From contig JBDTTF010000285.1 of NCBI GenBank assembly GCA_039930765.1, positions 69,185 through 133,184 of the forward strand: DNA of 64,000 nucleotides, written 5' to 3'. Below the pieces are notes generated by a model. It did no database searches, was not told the origin of the DNA, and worked only from the letters and a program-made list of their open reading frames with translations. The position numbers and the translations under genes were made by a program. This document shows, piece after piece, positions 22,490 to 30,911 of this stretch. The stretch's first letter is position 1, and every line of letters starts with the position of its first letter. The stretch comes from Gemmatimonadota bacterium (GTDB lineage Bacteria; Gemmatimonadota; Gemmatimonadetes; Gemmatimonadales; GWC2-71-9).

Positions 22490-24855
22490 CCCATCCGTCC
22501 GAGACCGCCTCAACCGCTCCGTGGCAACCAGCCCGGCCGACCCTGCTGGCTCTCGTCTTCCTCTCAGTGTGGGTGGTCATCCTGTCGCTGCCGATGTTGT
22601 CGGGGCAGTGGCTGGCCGGACCGTGGAGCGATCAGTATTCCGCTGGCTACGCCTTCCGGACCTGGGGGGCGGCCGAGTGGCACCGCACCGGTCACGTAGC
22701 GCTGTGGAATCCAACCCTGCTCGGCGGTCTTCCATTCCTCGGCGCCATGCACGGTGACGTGTTTTATCCGACCTCCTTCCTGCGCCTGATCTGGCCCATG
22801 CCGCCAGTGATGAATTTCGGTTTCTTCATTCACTACATCCTGGCGGGGTTGTTTGTCTACTGGCTGCTGCGCCGGCTGGCACTCAGCTGGGCTGCCTCAG
22901 TTGCAGGCGGACTGGCCTATCAGCTCACCGGATTGATCGGGTCCTATCCATCACCGGGGCATGACGGCAAGCTGTTCGCCTCGACGGCGCTGCCGCTGCT
23001 GATGCTCGGCCTGGTCATCGGCATGCGCGAACGGAAGCTGCACGGGTACGCAATCGTGGCCGCCGCCGTCGGGTGCGCGCTGCTGGGACATCCGCAGGTC
23101 GGCTACTACGCGCTGATTGCCGGCGGACTGTTTGCCCTCTACCTGGTGGCGGACGATCCGGCCGGGCGCACCGTGGTCGCGATGCTGCCGGCCCTCGGGG
23201 CCGCCCTGGCCGCGGTGCTCGTCGGGATCGGCACCACCATGATCCAGATGATGCCGCTGTTTGCCTACGCGCCCTTTTCGCTGCGCTGCAAGGATTGCTC
23301 GATCGGTTTTGACTGGGCCACGACCTACGGAATTCCCTGGCCCCACGTGCCCGAATTCATCCTGTCCAACTTCGTCGGCAACCGGGAGACCTACTGGGGC
23401 ACCAACGGCCTCAAGCTCCACTCCGAATACCTCGGCCTCCCGGTGGTGGCCCTCGCCATCCTCGGGGCGGGCGCGGCCCGGGGAAAGCTCAAGTACTGGC
23501 TGGGAGGTATCGGGTTCCTGTTTCTCATCGTCGCATTGGCCTCCTCCACGCCACTGTATCAGGTCTGGTGGAAGCTGGTGCCGTACGCCGGGCAGATCCG
23601 GGCGCCCGGCATGGCGTTCTTCGTCGTCACCCTGGTGGTGGCCAGCTTCGCCGCGTTCGGGGTCGAGCGGCTGGAGCGGCGCCAGGTCCGTCTGGCCCCG
23701 CTGGTCTGGATGATCGCCGGAGGGGTTGCCGTGCTGCTGGCCGCAACCGGCGTGATCGGCAGCATTGCGCTGGCATGGGCCACCGCGCTCGAGGCCAGTA
23801 CCGGACGGCAGCTCGCCAATCAGGCCGCCGCGGGGCAGGGCCAGATTCTTCGGGGCGCGCTGGCGAGCGGGCTGGCGCTGCTGGCGCTCGGAGCCCTGGC
23901 CTGGGCGTACCTGAGTGGCCGGGTCAAACCGGCAATGCTGGCCGCTGGCATTGCGCTGCTCGTCGGCGCCGACCTGTACAACAACGATCGCAGCTTCTGG
24001 GTCTACAGCCACGCCGATCGCGAACTGTTCCGGCTCGACAGCGTCACCACCAGGCTCAAGGCGCTGCCCAAGCCATATCATCTGCTCGAGGGCGGAGTGT
24101 ATCCGACCGACCTCCTGATGGCCTTCGACATCGAGAACCTGTTCGGCCAGCATGGCAACGAACTGCAGGCTTTCGATCAGCTCTGGGGCGGTCGCAGCGG
24201 CCGATACACCAACGAAGGTTCGACCACTCTCTGGCAGCTCTGGGGGCTCAATTATGTGGTGCTGCCAACCACGGCTGGTGCGCCCGACAGCCTGCCGGGA
24301 TTCCGGATAGTGGCACGGGGCACTCCGACCTCGGCGGGGGTACCAGCCACGATCTTCGAACGCACAGTTCCGATGCCCTATGCCCGCGTGGTGCCCGGGG
24401 CCGTCAAGCTGGGGCAGGATGCCGCCATCAAGGCACTGGTCGGCGCCAAGCCGTTCTACGACCAGCTGGTGCTGCTCGACTCGGCGTCGGCGCTCAATCC
24501 GCCGGCCTTGAAGGACCTGCCGGCGCCGCTGGGGGTTCAGGCCAAAGTGACGCGCTACGAGACTGGCAGGATGAGTATCTCCCTCGATCCCGCCCCGGCC
24601 TCGTCCGGATACCTGGTGGTGGCAGAGAACTATTATCCTGACTGGATCGCGACGGTGGACGGCCACCCGGTCAAGGTCGAGCGGGGTAACGTCACCATGA
24701 TCACGGTGCCGGTCGCGGCCGGAGCCCGGACGGTCGAGCTCCACGTGGAGAGTCTCGCCTTTGAGCGCGGGAAGCTGATATCGATCGTCAGTCTGCTCCT
24801 GGTAATGCTGGGATTGATCGTACCCCCCCTGATGGAGCGGAGGCAGCGTGTCTGA
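22486..24855 (+). CDS. YfhO-family large membrane protein (GT-C-like glycosyltransferase candidate)
   Basis: GTG 22486 overlaps the upstream stop (GTGA). Multi-TM N-terminal part with ALWNPTLLGGLPFLGAMHGDVFYP motif and a large C-terminal extracytoplasmic domain plus terminal TM. The upstream 136 codons of the ORF overlap the previous gene out of frame. Confidence 0.6.
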   Translation: MTHPSETASTAPWQPARPTLLALVFLSVWVVILSLPMLSGQWLAGPWSDQYSAGYAFRTWGAAEWHRTGHVALWNPTLLGGLPFLGAMHGDVFYPTSFLRLIWPMPPVMNFGFFIHYILAGLFVYWLLRRLALSWAASVAGGLAYQLTGLIGSYPSPGHDGKLFASTALPLLMLGLVIGMRERKLHGYAIVAAAVGCALLGHPQVGYYALIAGGLFALYLVADDPAGRTVVAMLPALGAALAAVLVGIGTTMIQMMPLFAYAPFSLRCKDCSIGFDWATTYGIPWPHVPEFILSNFVGNRETYWGTNGLKLHSEYLGLPVVALAILGAGAARGKLKYWLGGIGFLFLIVALASSTPLYQVWWKLVPYAGQIRAPGMAFFVVTLVVASFAAFGVERLERRQVRLAPLVWMIAGGVAVLLAATGVIGSIALAWATALEASTGRQLANQAAAGQGQILRGALASGLALLALGALAWAYLSGRVKPAMLAAGIALLVGADLYNNDRSFWVYSHADRELFRLDSVTTRLKALPKPYHLLEGGVYPTDLLMAFDIENLFGQHGNELQAFDQLWGGRSGRYTNEGSTTLWQLWGLNYVVLPTTAGAPDSLPGFRIVARGTPTSAGVPATIFERTVPMPYARVVPGAVKLGQDAAIKALVGAKPFYDQLVLLDSASALNPPALKDLPAPLGVQAKVTRYETGRMSISLDPAPASSGYLVVAENYYPDWIATVDGHPVKVERGNVTMITVPVAAGARTVELHVESLAFERGKLISIVSLLLVMLGLIVPPLMERRQRV

Positions 24856-25570
24856 GCGGGTCCTTGTCATTGTCCCGACCTACAACGAGGCGATGAATCT
24901 GCCCCAGATCGTCCCCGCAATTCTGGCGGAGGATCCCCGGATCGAAATTCTCGTGGTGGACGACAACAGTCCTGACGGAACCGGGCGCCTGGCCGATGAA
25001 ATGGCTCGAACCCAGCCCCGGATTCATTGCCTCCACCGGGAGGCCAAGCAGGGACTGGGACGGGCCTACATCGCCGGGTTCCGCTGGGCCCTGGAGCAGA
25101 ACTTCGACCTGATCTTCGAGATGGACGCCGATTTTTCCCACGACCCTGCGTTCCTGCCCAGGTTCCTCGCCGCGGCGGCCGACCACGACCTGGTCCTTGG
25201 CTCCCGGTACAAGACCGGCGTGAACGTGGTCAACTGGCCGGTGTCCCGGCTCCTGCTGTCTCTGGGGGCCAATGCCTATGCCCGCTGGATCACCGGTCTG
25301 CCGTTGACCGACAGTACTGGCGGGTTCAAGTGCTTTCGCCGGGAGGTTCTGGCGGGACTCGACCTCGATGCGGTCCGATCCGGCGGGTATGCCTTCCAGA
25401 TCGAGATGAGCTTCAGGGCCTGGAAGAAGGGATTCAGAATCGTGGAAATACCGATCATCTTCCATGATCGGGTCGAGGGCCAGAGCAAGATGAACAAGCG
25501 GATCGTCCGCGAAGCGGTCTGGATGGTCTGGTGGCTCAGGCTGCAGGCGCTGCTCGGCAAGATGAAATGA
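24848..25570 (+). CDS. Polyprenol-monophosphomannose (dolichyl-phosphate mannose-type) synthase, GT2
   Basis: VLVIVPTYNEAMNL...VVDDNSPDGTG...EMDADFSHDP...GGFKCFRREVL, classic Ppm1/DPM1 catalytic motifs. Confidence 0.85.
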   Translation: MSERVLVIVPTYNEAMNLPQIVPAILAEDPRIEILVVDDNSPDGTGRLADEMARTQPRIHCLHREAKQGLGRAYIAGFRWALEQNFDLIFEMDADFSHDPAFLPRFLAAAADHDLVLGSRYKTGVNVVNWPVSRLLLSLGANAYARWITGLPLTDSTGGFKCFRREVLAGLDLDAVRSGGYAFQIEMSFRAWKKGFRIVEIPIIFHDRVEGQSKMNKRIVREAVWMVWWLRLQALLGKMK

Positions 25571-25593
25571 CCGGCCCGGGACGCTGGTGACGG

Positions 25594-26415
25594 ATGGGCC
25601 GCACCCCTTTCTACAAGATGTCCGGCTCCGGCAATGATTTCATCATGCTGGATGGCCGCCAGAGCCCTCTGGCCCACTGGAGCGCCGGGCGGATCCGGGC
25701 CGTGTGTGACCGCCGGTTGGGGGTCGGCGCGGATGGTCTGGTCATTCTGGTCAGTGAGGGCGCCGATGTGGTCCGGATGCACTTCTGGAACTGCGACGGC
25801 TCCCCGGCCGACATGTGCGGCAATGCCGCGCTCTGCACCACTCGATTGGCAGCCACTCTCGGACTGGGTCAGCCTGAAGGAATGACCCTGGTGACCGGGG
25901 CAGGCCGGTTCAGGACCAGGACCGAAGCCGGACCGGACCAGGCGGCGCTCAACCTTCCGCCAGTCCAGCTTCCCACCGAGGTCCCTGGGATCAGCCTCGC
26001 GGCCGGTGAGCGGTCTTTGCACCTGTGCACCGTCGGAGTGCCACACCTGGTGGTTGAGGTCGAGGATCTTGAGGGGTTCGACCTGATAGCCCGGGGACGG
26101 GATTTGAGACATCACCCGGCGCTCGGTCCGGCCGGCGCCAATGCCAATTTTGTGGCGCTGCCGGCCGATGACGGTCCAATCGGAATCCGGACCTACGAAC
26201 GGGGAGTGGAGGGCGAAACCCTGGCCTGCGGTACCGGCACCGTCGCCGCCGGAATCGTATTAGCCATGGCCGGCCGCCGGTCGCTGCCCGCCGAGTTCAG
26301 GACCCGAAGCGGACGCCCATTGAGGGTCGCGGCCCGGCTCACTGAGCTTCAGGCGGTTGATTTGTGGCTAGGCGGGGAAGGTCGCTTGGTCTTTCAAGGC
26401 GAGCTGCCGAGCTAG
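25594..26415 (+). CDS. dapF: Diaminopimelate epimerase
   Basis: FYKMSGSGNDFIMLD, catalytic CGNAALC and ACGTGTVAAG. Confidence 0.93.
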   Translation: MGRTPFYKMSGSGNDFIMLDGRQSPLAHWSAGRIRAVCDRRLGVGADGLVILVSEGADVVRMHFWNCDGSPADMCGNAALCTTRLAATLGLGQPEGMTLVTGAGRFRTRTEAGPDQAALNLPPVQLPTEVPGISLAAGERSLHLCTVGVPHLVVEVEDLEGFDLIARGRDLRHHPALGPAGANANFVALPADDGPIGIRTYERGVEGETLACGTGTVAAGIVLAMAGRRSLPAEFRTRSGRPLRVAARLTELQAVDLWLGGEGRLVFQGELPS

Positions 26416-26525
26416 ACCCATGTGGGTGGCGGTCCAGCCATCTTTGGCTGATTAGACCGAAAAGCGGTCAGCGACCGCTCGGGGGCAGGAGTTATCCAGA
26501 TTATTCCACATCAATCGTCCATGTT

Positions 26526-26553
26526 ACTTAACATAATACATATTATACGACAT
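26526..26553 (-). other. dif: Candidate chromosome dimer resolution site dif (XerC/XerD target)
   Basis: Minus strand reads ATGTCGTATAA-TATGTA-TTATGTTAAGT, versus E. coli dif GGTGCGCATAA-TGTATA-TTATGTTAAAT. XerD arm matches 10/11; the inner XerC arm ATAA and the 6-bp spacer are conserved. It lies in an AT-rich patch between convergent gene blocks. Confidence 0.75.
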
Positions 26554-26620
26554 AACACTGCCGCGACAGAGAACCTCGAGTACCGACAGAACTCTCCCTG
26601 CTACCCAATTCAAGGACAAG

Positions 26621-26648
26621 AAAAAGGTCCGAACCAGAGGTCCGGACC
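26621..26648 (-). terminator. Rho-independent terminator of the TPR gene
   Basis: Minus strand: GGTCCGGACC-TCT-GGTTCGGACC (10-bp stem, one G-U) followed by TTTTTCTT, 31 nt after the stop at 26680. Confidence 0.7.
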
Positions 26649-26679
26649 AGGCACTATTGGAAGCCTGACGCAACAACGA

Positions 26680-27369
26680 TTAGAGCTTGCCGCCCGTCAG
26701 TTCGGCCAGCCGGACGAGCGCCTCGGTGCCGGCCGGCTGATCCTTGTACTGCGTCGTGATCTGACGATACGCCTTGATCGCGTCATCCTTCTTGCCGGCG
26801 TTGGTCAAGGCCCGACCGGCCTCCAGCAGATAGTCAGCCTTCAGCATCGGCAGGTCCGCCGCGCTGGCCGCCGCCAGAAACGCCGTGCCGGCTTCGGCCG
26901 GCTTCCGGGTGTTTTCCAGCGCCGTGCCAAGCATGGCCTGCGAAGGCGCGAGGTACTTGGGTGCCGGGTTGGTCTTGATGAATTCGCGCAGGCCGTTGAC
27001 GGCCAGCTCGGATTGCTGATTCACCAGCCGGACCTGGTTGAGCGCCATGGTGGCTTCAGCCGCGGCATCGGTACCGCCATATGCCGTGATGACCCGCTGC
27101 AGCTGGCTGGCGGCCAGCGGCAGGTTCCCTGCCTCAGCCGATCCTCGGGCCTCATCCAGCGCCCGCATGGCAAATTCCTGCTTCCGCTTTCCCCCCCAGA
27201 CGACCAGTGCGGCAACGGCCAGAATCACGAGGAGAGAGCCGCCCAGCGCGAGGTATCGGTTGCGCTCCACGGCGAGCCATTGTCCGAGTGCGCTGCTACC
27301 GCCTGGAGCGGGTGGCATCGGAGCGGCGGACGGAGAAGCGACGGGCGCGGTTGGCGTCATGCTGGTCAT
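26680..27369 (-). CDS. Membrane-anchored tetratricopeptide-repeat protein (YfgM-like architecture)
   Basis: ATG 27369 chosen because the longer ORF (to 27459) overlaps tRNA-Arg. Pro/Ala-rich N-terminus, one TM (LALGGSLLVILAVAALVVW), then a TPR-like helical domain. Confidence 0.7.
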   Translation of the reverse strand: MTSMTPTAPVASPSAAPMPPAPGGSSALGQWLAVERNRYLALGGSLLVILAVAALVVWGGKRKQEFAMRALDEARGSAEAGNLPLAASQLQRVITAYGGTDAAAEATMALNQVRLVNQQSELAVNGLREFIKTNPAPKYLAPSQAMLGTALENTRKPAEAGTAFLAAASAADLPMLKADYLLEAGRALTNAGKKDDAIKAYRQITTQYKDQPAGTEALVRLAELTGGKL

Positions 27370-27428
27370 GATCTCACGAACTGAAGTGGGCGTCAGGTCT
27401 TTCGCTAGCCAGAGGGACGGCGGGTCAG

Positions 27429-27502
27429 TGCCCCCGAGACGATTCGAACGTCCGGCCAACGGTTTAGGAAACCGCTGCTCTATCCAGCTGAGCTACGGGG
27501 GC
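27429..27502 (-). tRNA. tRNA-Arg (anticodon CCT)
   Basis: Minus strand GCCCCCGTAGCTCAGCTGGATAGAGCAGCGGTTTCCTAAACCGTTGGCCGGACGTTCGAATCGTCTCGGGGGCA folds as a 74-nt cloverleaf (7/4/5/5-bp stems, TTCGAAT T-loop). No encoded CCA. Confidence 0.9.
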
Positions 27503-27559
27503 GGGTCTCCAAACGCGGAAGTATAGCGTCTGGCGGGACTTGAGAGAAGTGCGGAGGGG

Positions 27560-28093
27560 TCAGTCCAGCCTGAGGATGGCGCAGGCTGGCGCCCCTTCCA
27601 GTTTGGCCCGGCCGGGCAGGAATCCCAGCTCGATGAGGAAGGACCAGCCGATCAGTTCACCGCCCAGCGCACGGACCAGCCGTCCTGCGGCCTGGGCGGT
27701 CCCGCCAGTGGCGAGAACGTCATCCACGACCAGTACTCTGGTCCCCCCAGGACACGCATCCCGGTGAGCTTCCAGCGCGTCCGTCCCGTACTCCAAGTCG
27801 TAGCTTTCCTGGACTCGTTCCCACGGCAGCTTCCCCGGTTTTCTTGCCGGAATGAACCCGACCCCAAGTGCGTGTGCCGCTGCGGCCCCAAAGATAAAGC
27901 CGCGGGCCTCGATGCCTAGAATGTGGGTAACTCCGGTATCCCGGTACGGAGCGACCATGGCATCGATCACAGCTCCAAACAGCCCGCCGTCAGCCAGGAT
28001 CGGGGTGATATCCTGAAAAATTATCCCTGGTTTTGGGTAGTCAGGGATGGCTCGGAGCTGTTGTCTAACTCGGGTGACCAGGTCGCTGTTCAT
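27560..28093 (-). CDS. apt: Adenine phosphoribosyltransferase
   Basis: IPDYPKPGIIFQDITP and the PRPP motif VLVVDDVLATGGTA. Confidence 0.95.
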   Translation of the reverse strand: MNSDLVTRVRQQLRAIPDYPKPGIIFQDITPILADGGLFGAVIDAMVAPYRDTGVTHILGIEARGFIFGAAAAHALGVGFIPARKPGKLPWERVQESYDLEYGTDALEAHRDACPGGTRVLVVDDVLATGGTAQAAGRLVRALGGELIGWSFLIELGFLPGRAKLEGAPACAILRLD

Positions 28094-28125
28094 TGAGATA
28101 ACAACATTTCGTGTGAATTATCTAA

Positions 28126-28398
28126 CTAGATGATATTAAACGAATTATACATTGTCACATCAACCAATATATCAGCATTTTCCACATTGGTGACCGCAGC
28201 CGACCGTGGTCCAATCTGGACCGCTCTCAGGAGCTGCTCCATTGAGACCGGATCTCCCTCGGCGACGACCTCAACCCTCCCATCATCGAGATTGCGAACC
28301 ATCCCTACAATCCCAAGGCCGGAAGCCTCCCTTGCCACAAACGCCCGAAAACCGACCCCCTGCACCATACCGGTTACCAGCCACCTGACCCGGTTCAT
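28126..28398 (-). CDS. acyP: Acylphosphatase
   Basis: ATG 28398 (MNRVRWLVTGMVQGVGFRAFV = acylphosphatase signature). 90 aa. The last ~18 codons are strikingly AT-rich. Confidence 0.85.
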   Translation of the reverse strand: MNRVRWLVTGMVQGVGFRAFVAREASGLGIVGMVRNLDDGRVEVVAEGDPVSMEQLLRAVQIGPRSAAVTNVENADILVDVTMYNSFNII

Positions 28399-29039
28399 TC
28401 CGCGCGGCTGCGCCGGGTTCTGGACCGATACCAGACGGCATAACCAACCAGAAGCACGATAACGGCCGGCAGCACCCGGTAGACCACCCAATGATGCGCC
28501 TCGGCGGTGTATGCCTGCTGAGCCGAGTTCCCTCTCCCATCGGTGCCCTTCCCGACCAGCCAGCCAATGTAGACCAGGACTGCACACCAGGCTCCGGCCC
28601 CCAGCCCGGTGAACAGAGCAAAACGGGGCAGCTTCATCCGGGCCAGTCCGGCCGGAATCGAAATCAGGTGTCTGACCACAGGTACCAGCCGCCCGAGCAG
28701 GGTTCCAATTTCCCCGTGCCGCCCGAAAAACCGCTCGGCCTTGTCGAGCGAGGCATTGGAGATCAGGACATACTTGCCGAACCGGCGGAGGAACGGTTCA
28801 CCCAGCCAGATCGCCAGCCCGTAGTTCAACAGGGCACCCAGGATGCTCCCGACCGTGCCGGCCAGGACGGCAAGGACGGGGTCCATCTGCCCCTTGGCAG
28901 CGAGGTACCCGGCCGGTGGCATGACCAGCTCGCTGGGCAAGGGCAGGATGCTGGATTCGATGGCCATCAGGATTACCAGGCCGGGATATCCGAGAGTGGA
29001 GATCGTGTCGATCAGCCACTGGAACAGGGAGTGCAGCAT
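28395..29039 (-). CDS. DedA-family membrane protein
   Basis: ATG 29039 (MLHSLFQWLIDTISTLGYPGLVILMAIESSILPLPSE; GRLVPVVRHLISIPAG). Overlaps the pcm stop by 1 nt. Confidence 0.85.
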   Translation of the reverse strand: MLHSLFQWLIDTISTLGYPGLVILMAIESSILPLPSELVMPPAGYLAAKGQMDPVLAVLAGTVGSILGALLNYGLAIWLGEPFLRRFGKYVLISNASLDKAERFFGRHGEIGTLLGRLVPVVRHLISIPAGLARMKLPRFALFTGLGAGAWCAVLVYIGWLVGKGTDGRGNSAQQAYTAEAHHWVVYRVLPAVIVLLVGYAVWYRSRTRRSRAE

Positions 29040-29710
29040 CAGGCCGATCCTTCGAATCCGAAATGACCCAGCAGCGGCACGAATCGCACCTCGCCCTGGG
29101 AGAGGTGCGCGAAGCTGCCGCCTTCGCGGCGGATCACGGTGAGCCGCTGGTTTTCCCGATCGCCGAGCGGAATGATCAGCCGGCCGCCCTCGGACAGCTG
29201 ATCGAGCAGTGGCTCGGGCGCTTGCGGTGAGGCGGCCGAGACCAGGATGACATCGTACGGGGCGTAGGGCCGCCAGCCCAGGGTGCCGTCGCCCACCATC
29301 ACGGATGCGCCCCGAATCCCGGCCAGATCGAGCGCGGCCCGCGCTTCCTTGGCCAGCAGCGCAATCCGCTCGACGCTGAAGACGCTGGCCGCCACCAGGG
29401 AGAGCAATGCGGTCTGGTAGCCCGAGCCGGTCCCGATCTCGAGGACCTTCTCCCGGCCGGTGAGTTCGGCCAGTTCGAGAGATCGAGCCTGCACCCACGG
29501 TTGCGAGATGGTCTGGCCGCTGGCGATCGGCAGGGCCGAATCCTCGTAGGCCCGGTGCCTGACGCTGGCCGGAACGAAGAGATGCCGGGGCACCTGGGCC
29601 ACGGCATTGAGCACAGCGAGGTCCTTGATTCCCTTCGCCTGGAGTTCCGCCACCAGGCGAGCGCGGTATCCGCCGTAGCTGTCCCCCTGCCCTACCCCTC
29701 GAGCGACCAT
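29039..29710 (-). CDS. pcm: Protein-L-isoaspartate O-methyltransferase
   Basis: GQTISQPWV, VLEIGTGSGYQTALL. Confidence 0.93.
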   Translation of the reverse strand: MVARGVGQGDSYGGYRARLVAELQAKGIKDLAVLNAVAQVPRHLFVPASVRHRAYEDSALPIASGQTISQPWVQARSLELAELTGREKVLEIGTGSGYQTALLSLVAASVFSVERIALLAKEARAALDLAGIRGASVMVGDGTLGWRPYAPYDVILVSAASPQAPEPLLDQLSEGGRLIIPLGDRENQRLTVIRREGGSFAHLSQGEVRFVPLLGHFGFEGSA

Positions 29711-30447
29711 GTCCGCACCGTGTCCAGCAGGTCGTAGTTGGTGAGATCGAGGTGGAGCGGCGTCACCGAGATGTAGCCCTGCGCCACGCTGTGGTGGTCG
29801 GTGTCCTCGCCGCCGGTGTAGTGAATCGTTCCGCCGCCGATCCAGAAGATTTCATGACCCCAGGGATCGCGCATCCGGGCCAGTGACTCCTTGTAGTATC
29901 GGCTGCCGAGCGGCACCACCCGGAGCCCCCGGACGTCCTGGGCAGGGATCGCGGGCAGATTGATGTTGAGCAGGGTATGACGGGGAAAATCCGGCACCCG
30001 GGTAATCCGGCCGATCAAGTCCGTGAGCAGCGGTTTGTAGGACCGCATTGTCTCGACGTCCGACGAACTGCCGGTAAACGAGATGCCTACGCCTGGCACT
30101 CCCAGCGCGACCGCTTCCATGGCCACCGCGATGGTGCCGGAGTACAGCACGTCCTCGCCCATGTTGGGGCCGTGGTTGACGCCGGAGAAGACGAAATCGG
30201 GTCGTTCCGGCAGCAGCGCCTCGAGCGCCAGCATCACGCAGTCGGTAGGGGTGCCATCGACCTGCCAGGCCCCGTCCGCCCGGCGCACCGGCCTCAGCGG
30301 ACGGTGCATGGTGAGGGAATGCGAGGTGCCGGACTGCTCGCGATCGGGCGCCACGATCGTGACGCGACCAAATGGGGCGCAGGCTTCGGCCAGCAGGGCG
30401 AGACCCGGGGCCAGGATCCCGTCGTCGTTACTGACCAGTATGTTCAT
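29692..30447 (-). CDS. surE: 5'/3'-nucleotidase SurE
   Basis: MNILVSNDDGI, SGVNHGPNMG. surE-pcm synteny. Confidence 0.95.
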   Translation of the reverse strand: MNILVSNDDGILAPGLALLAEACAPFGRVTIVAPDREQSGTSHSLTMHRPLRPVRRADGAWQVDGTPTDCVMLALEALLPERPDFVFSGVNHGPNMGEDVLYSGTIAVAMEAVALGVPGVGISFTGSSSDVETMRSYKPLLTDLIGRITRVPDFPRHTLLNINLPAIPAQDVRGLRVVPLGSRYYKESLARMRDPWGHEIFWIGGGTIHYTGGEDTDHHSVAQGYISVTPLHLDLTNYDLLDTVRTWSLEG

Positions 30448-30512
30448 TGGGGCGAGAAGATAGCCCGCTCTTCCCTGCTTGGGCAGCGGTGGGCAGCGCG
30501 GAGAGGCAACGA

Positions 30513-30911
30513 CTACTTGGGATTGGGCTCGCGGTCGGGGCGGAGCGCTGGTGACTTCCCTTCCAGCACCCGGGCCAGTTCCTCGAGTTCCTGCCGCAGA
30601 TCCTGGATGGTCTCGGTTTCCAGGGCCCGGTGCGCGGCAATCCGCAGCTCACCGGTTCGCCGGTAATGTTCGATCCGGGTCCGGGCTCCTTCGATGGTGA
30701 ACTTCTCGGTGTACAGCAGGTGCTTCACGAACATGATCAGTTCGACTTCACGGCTCTTGTACACCCGGTTGCCGGAGCGGTTCTTGGCCGGGTTGAGAAA
30801 CCGGAACTGGCTCTCCCAGTACCGCAGCACGTGCGGCTTGAGATCGGTGAGGGCACAGACCTCCCCGATCGAGAAAAACTCCTGCACCGGCCTGGGCATC
30901 GTCACCGCCAC
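30513..30911 (-). CDS. MerR-family transcriptional regulator
   Basis: FSIGEVCALTDLKPHVLRYWESQF...RSGNRVY helix-turn-helix, followed by a coiled-coil tail. Confidence 0.8.
   Translation of the reverse strand: MAVTMPRPVQEFFSIGEVCALTDLKPHVLRYWESQFRFLNPAKNRSGNRVYKSREVELIMFVKHLLYTEKFTIEGARTRIEHYRRTGELRIAAHRALETETIQDLRQELEELARVLEGKSPALRPDREPNPK

Noticed and set aside
26458-26547. Apparent small-RNA unit on the minus strand. It has a perfect TATAAT (26542-26547), a ~80-nt transcript, a hairpin AGCGGTC-GCT-GACCGCT (26463-26479) with a short T-run, and possible mini-ORFs (e.g. MWNNLDNSCPRAVADRFSV).
   Set aside because: The TATAAT spans the XerC arm and central region of the dif-like 28-mer, which explains the AT-rich patch better. 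There is no convincing -35, and the U-tail is only 3-4 nt. The hairpin may act as a terminator for dapF or for read-through. It still merits an RNA-seq check.
26521-27384. 287-aa plus-strand ORF starting in the AT-rich island.
   Set aside because: It is antisense to the TPR gene with a low-complexity Arg/Gly-rich translation. Its start lies inside the dif-like site.
27370-27459. Longer version of the TPR-protein ORF (start at 27459).
   Set aside because: It would overlap tRNA-Arg(CCT) at 27429-27502 on the same strand. The internal ATG at 27369 was used instead.
24001-30120. Manual G-versus-C counts on five 60-nt lines either side of the dif candidate, as a test of GC skew.
   Set aside because: The counts were noisy and inconsistent (C was at least G on both sides in several lines). 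The sample is too small to support or refute the terminus call, which needs a proper cumulative skew calculation.
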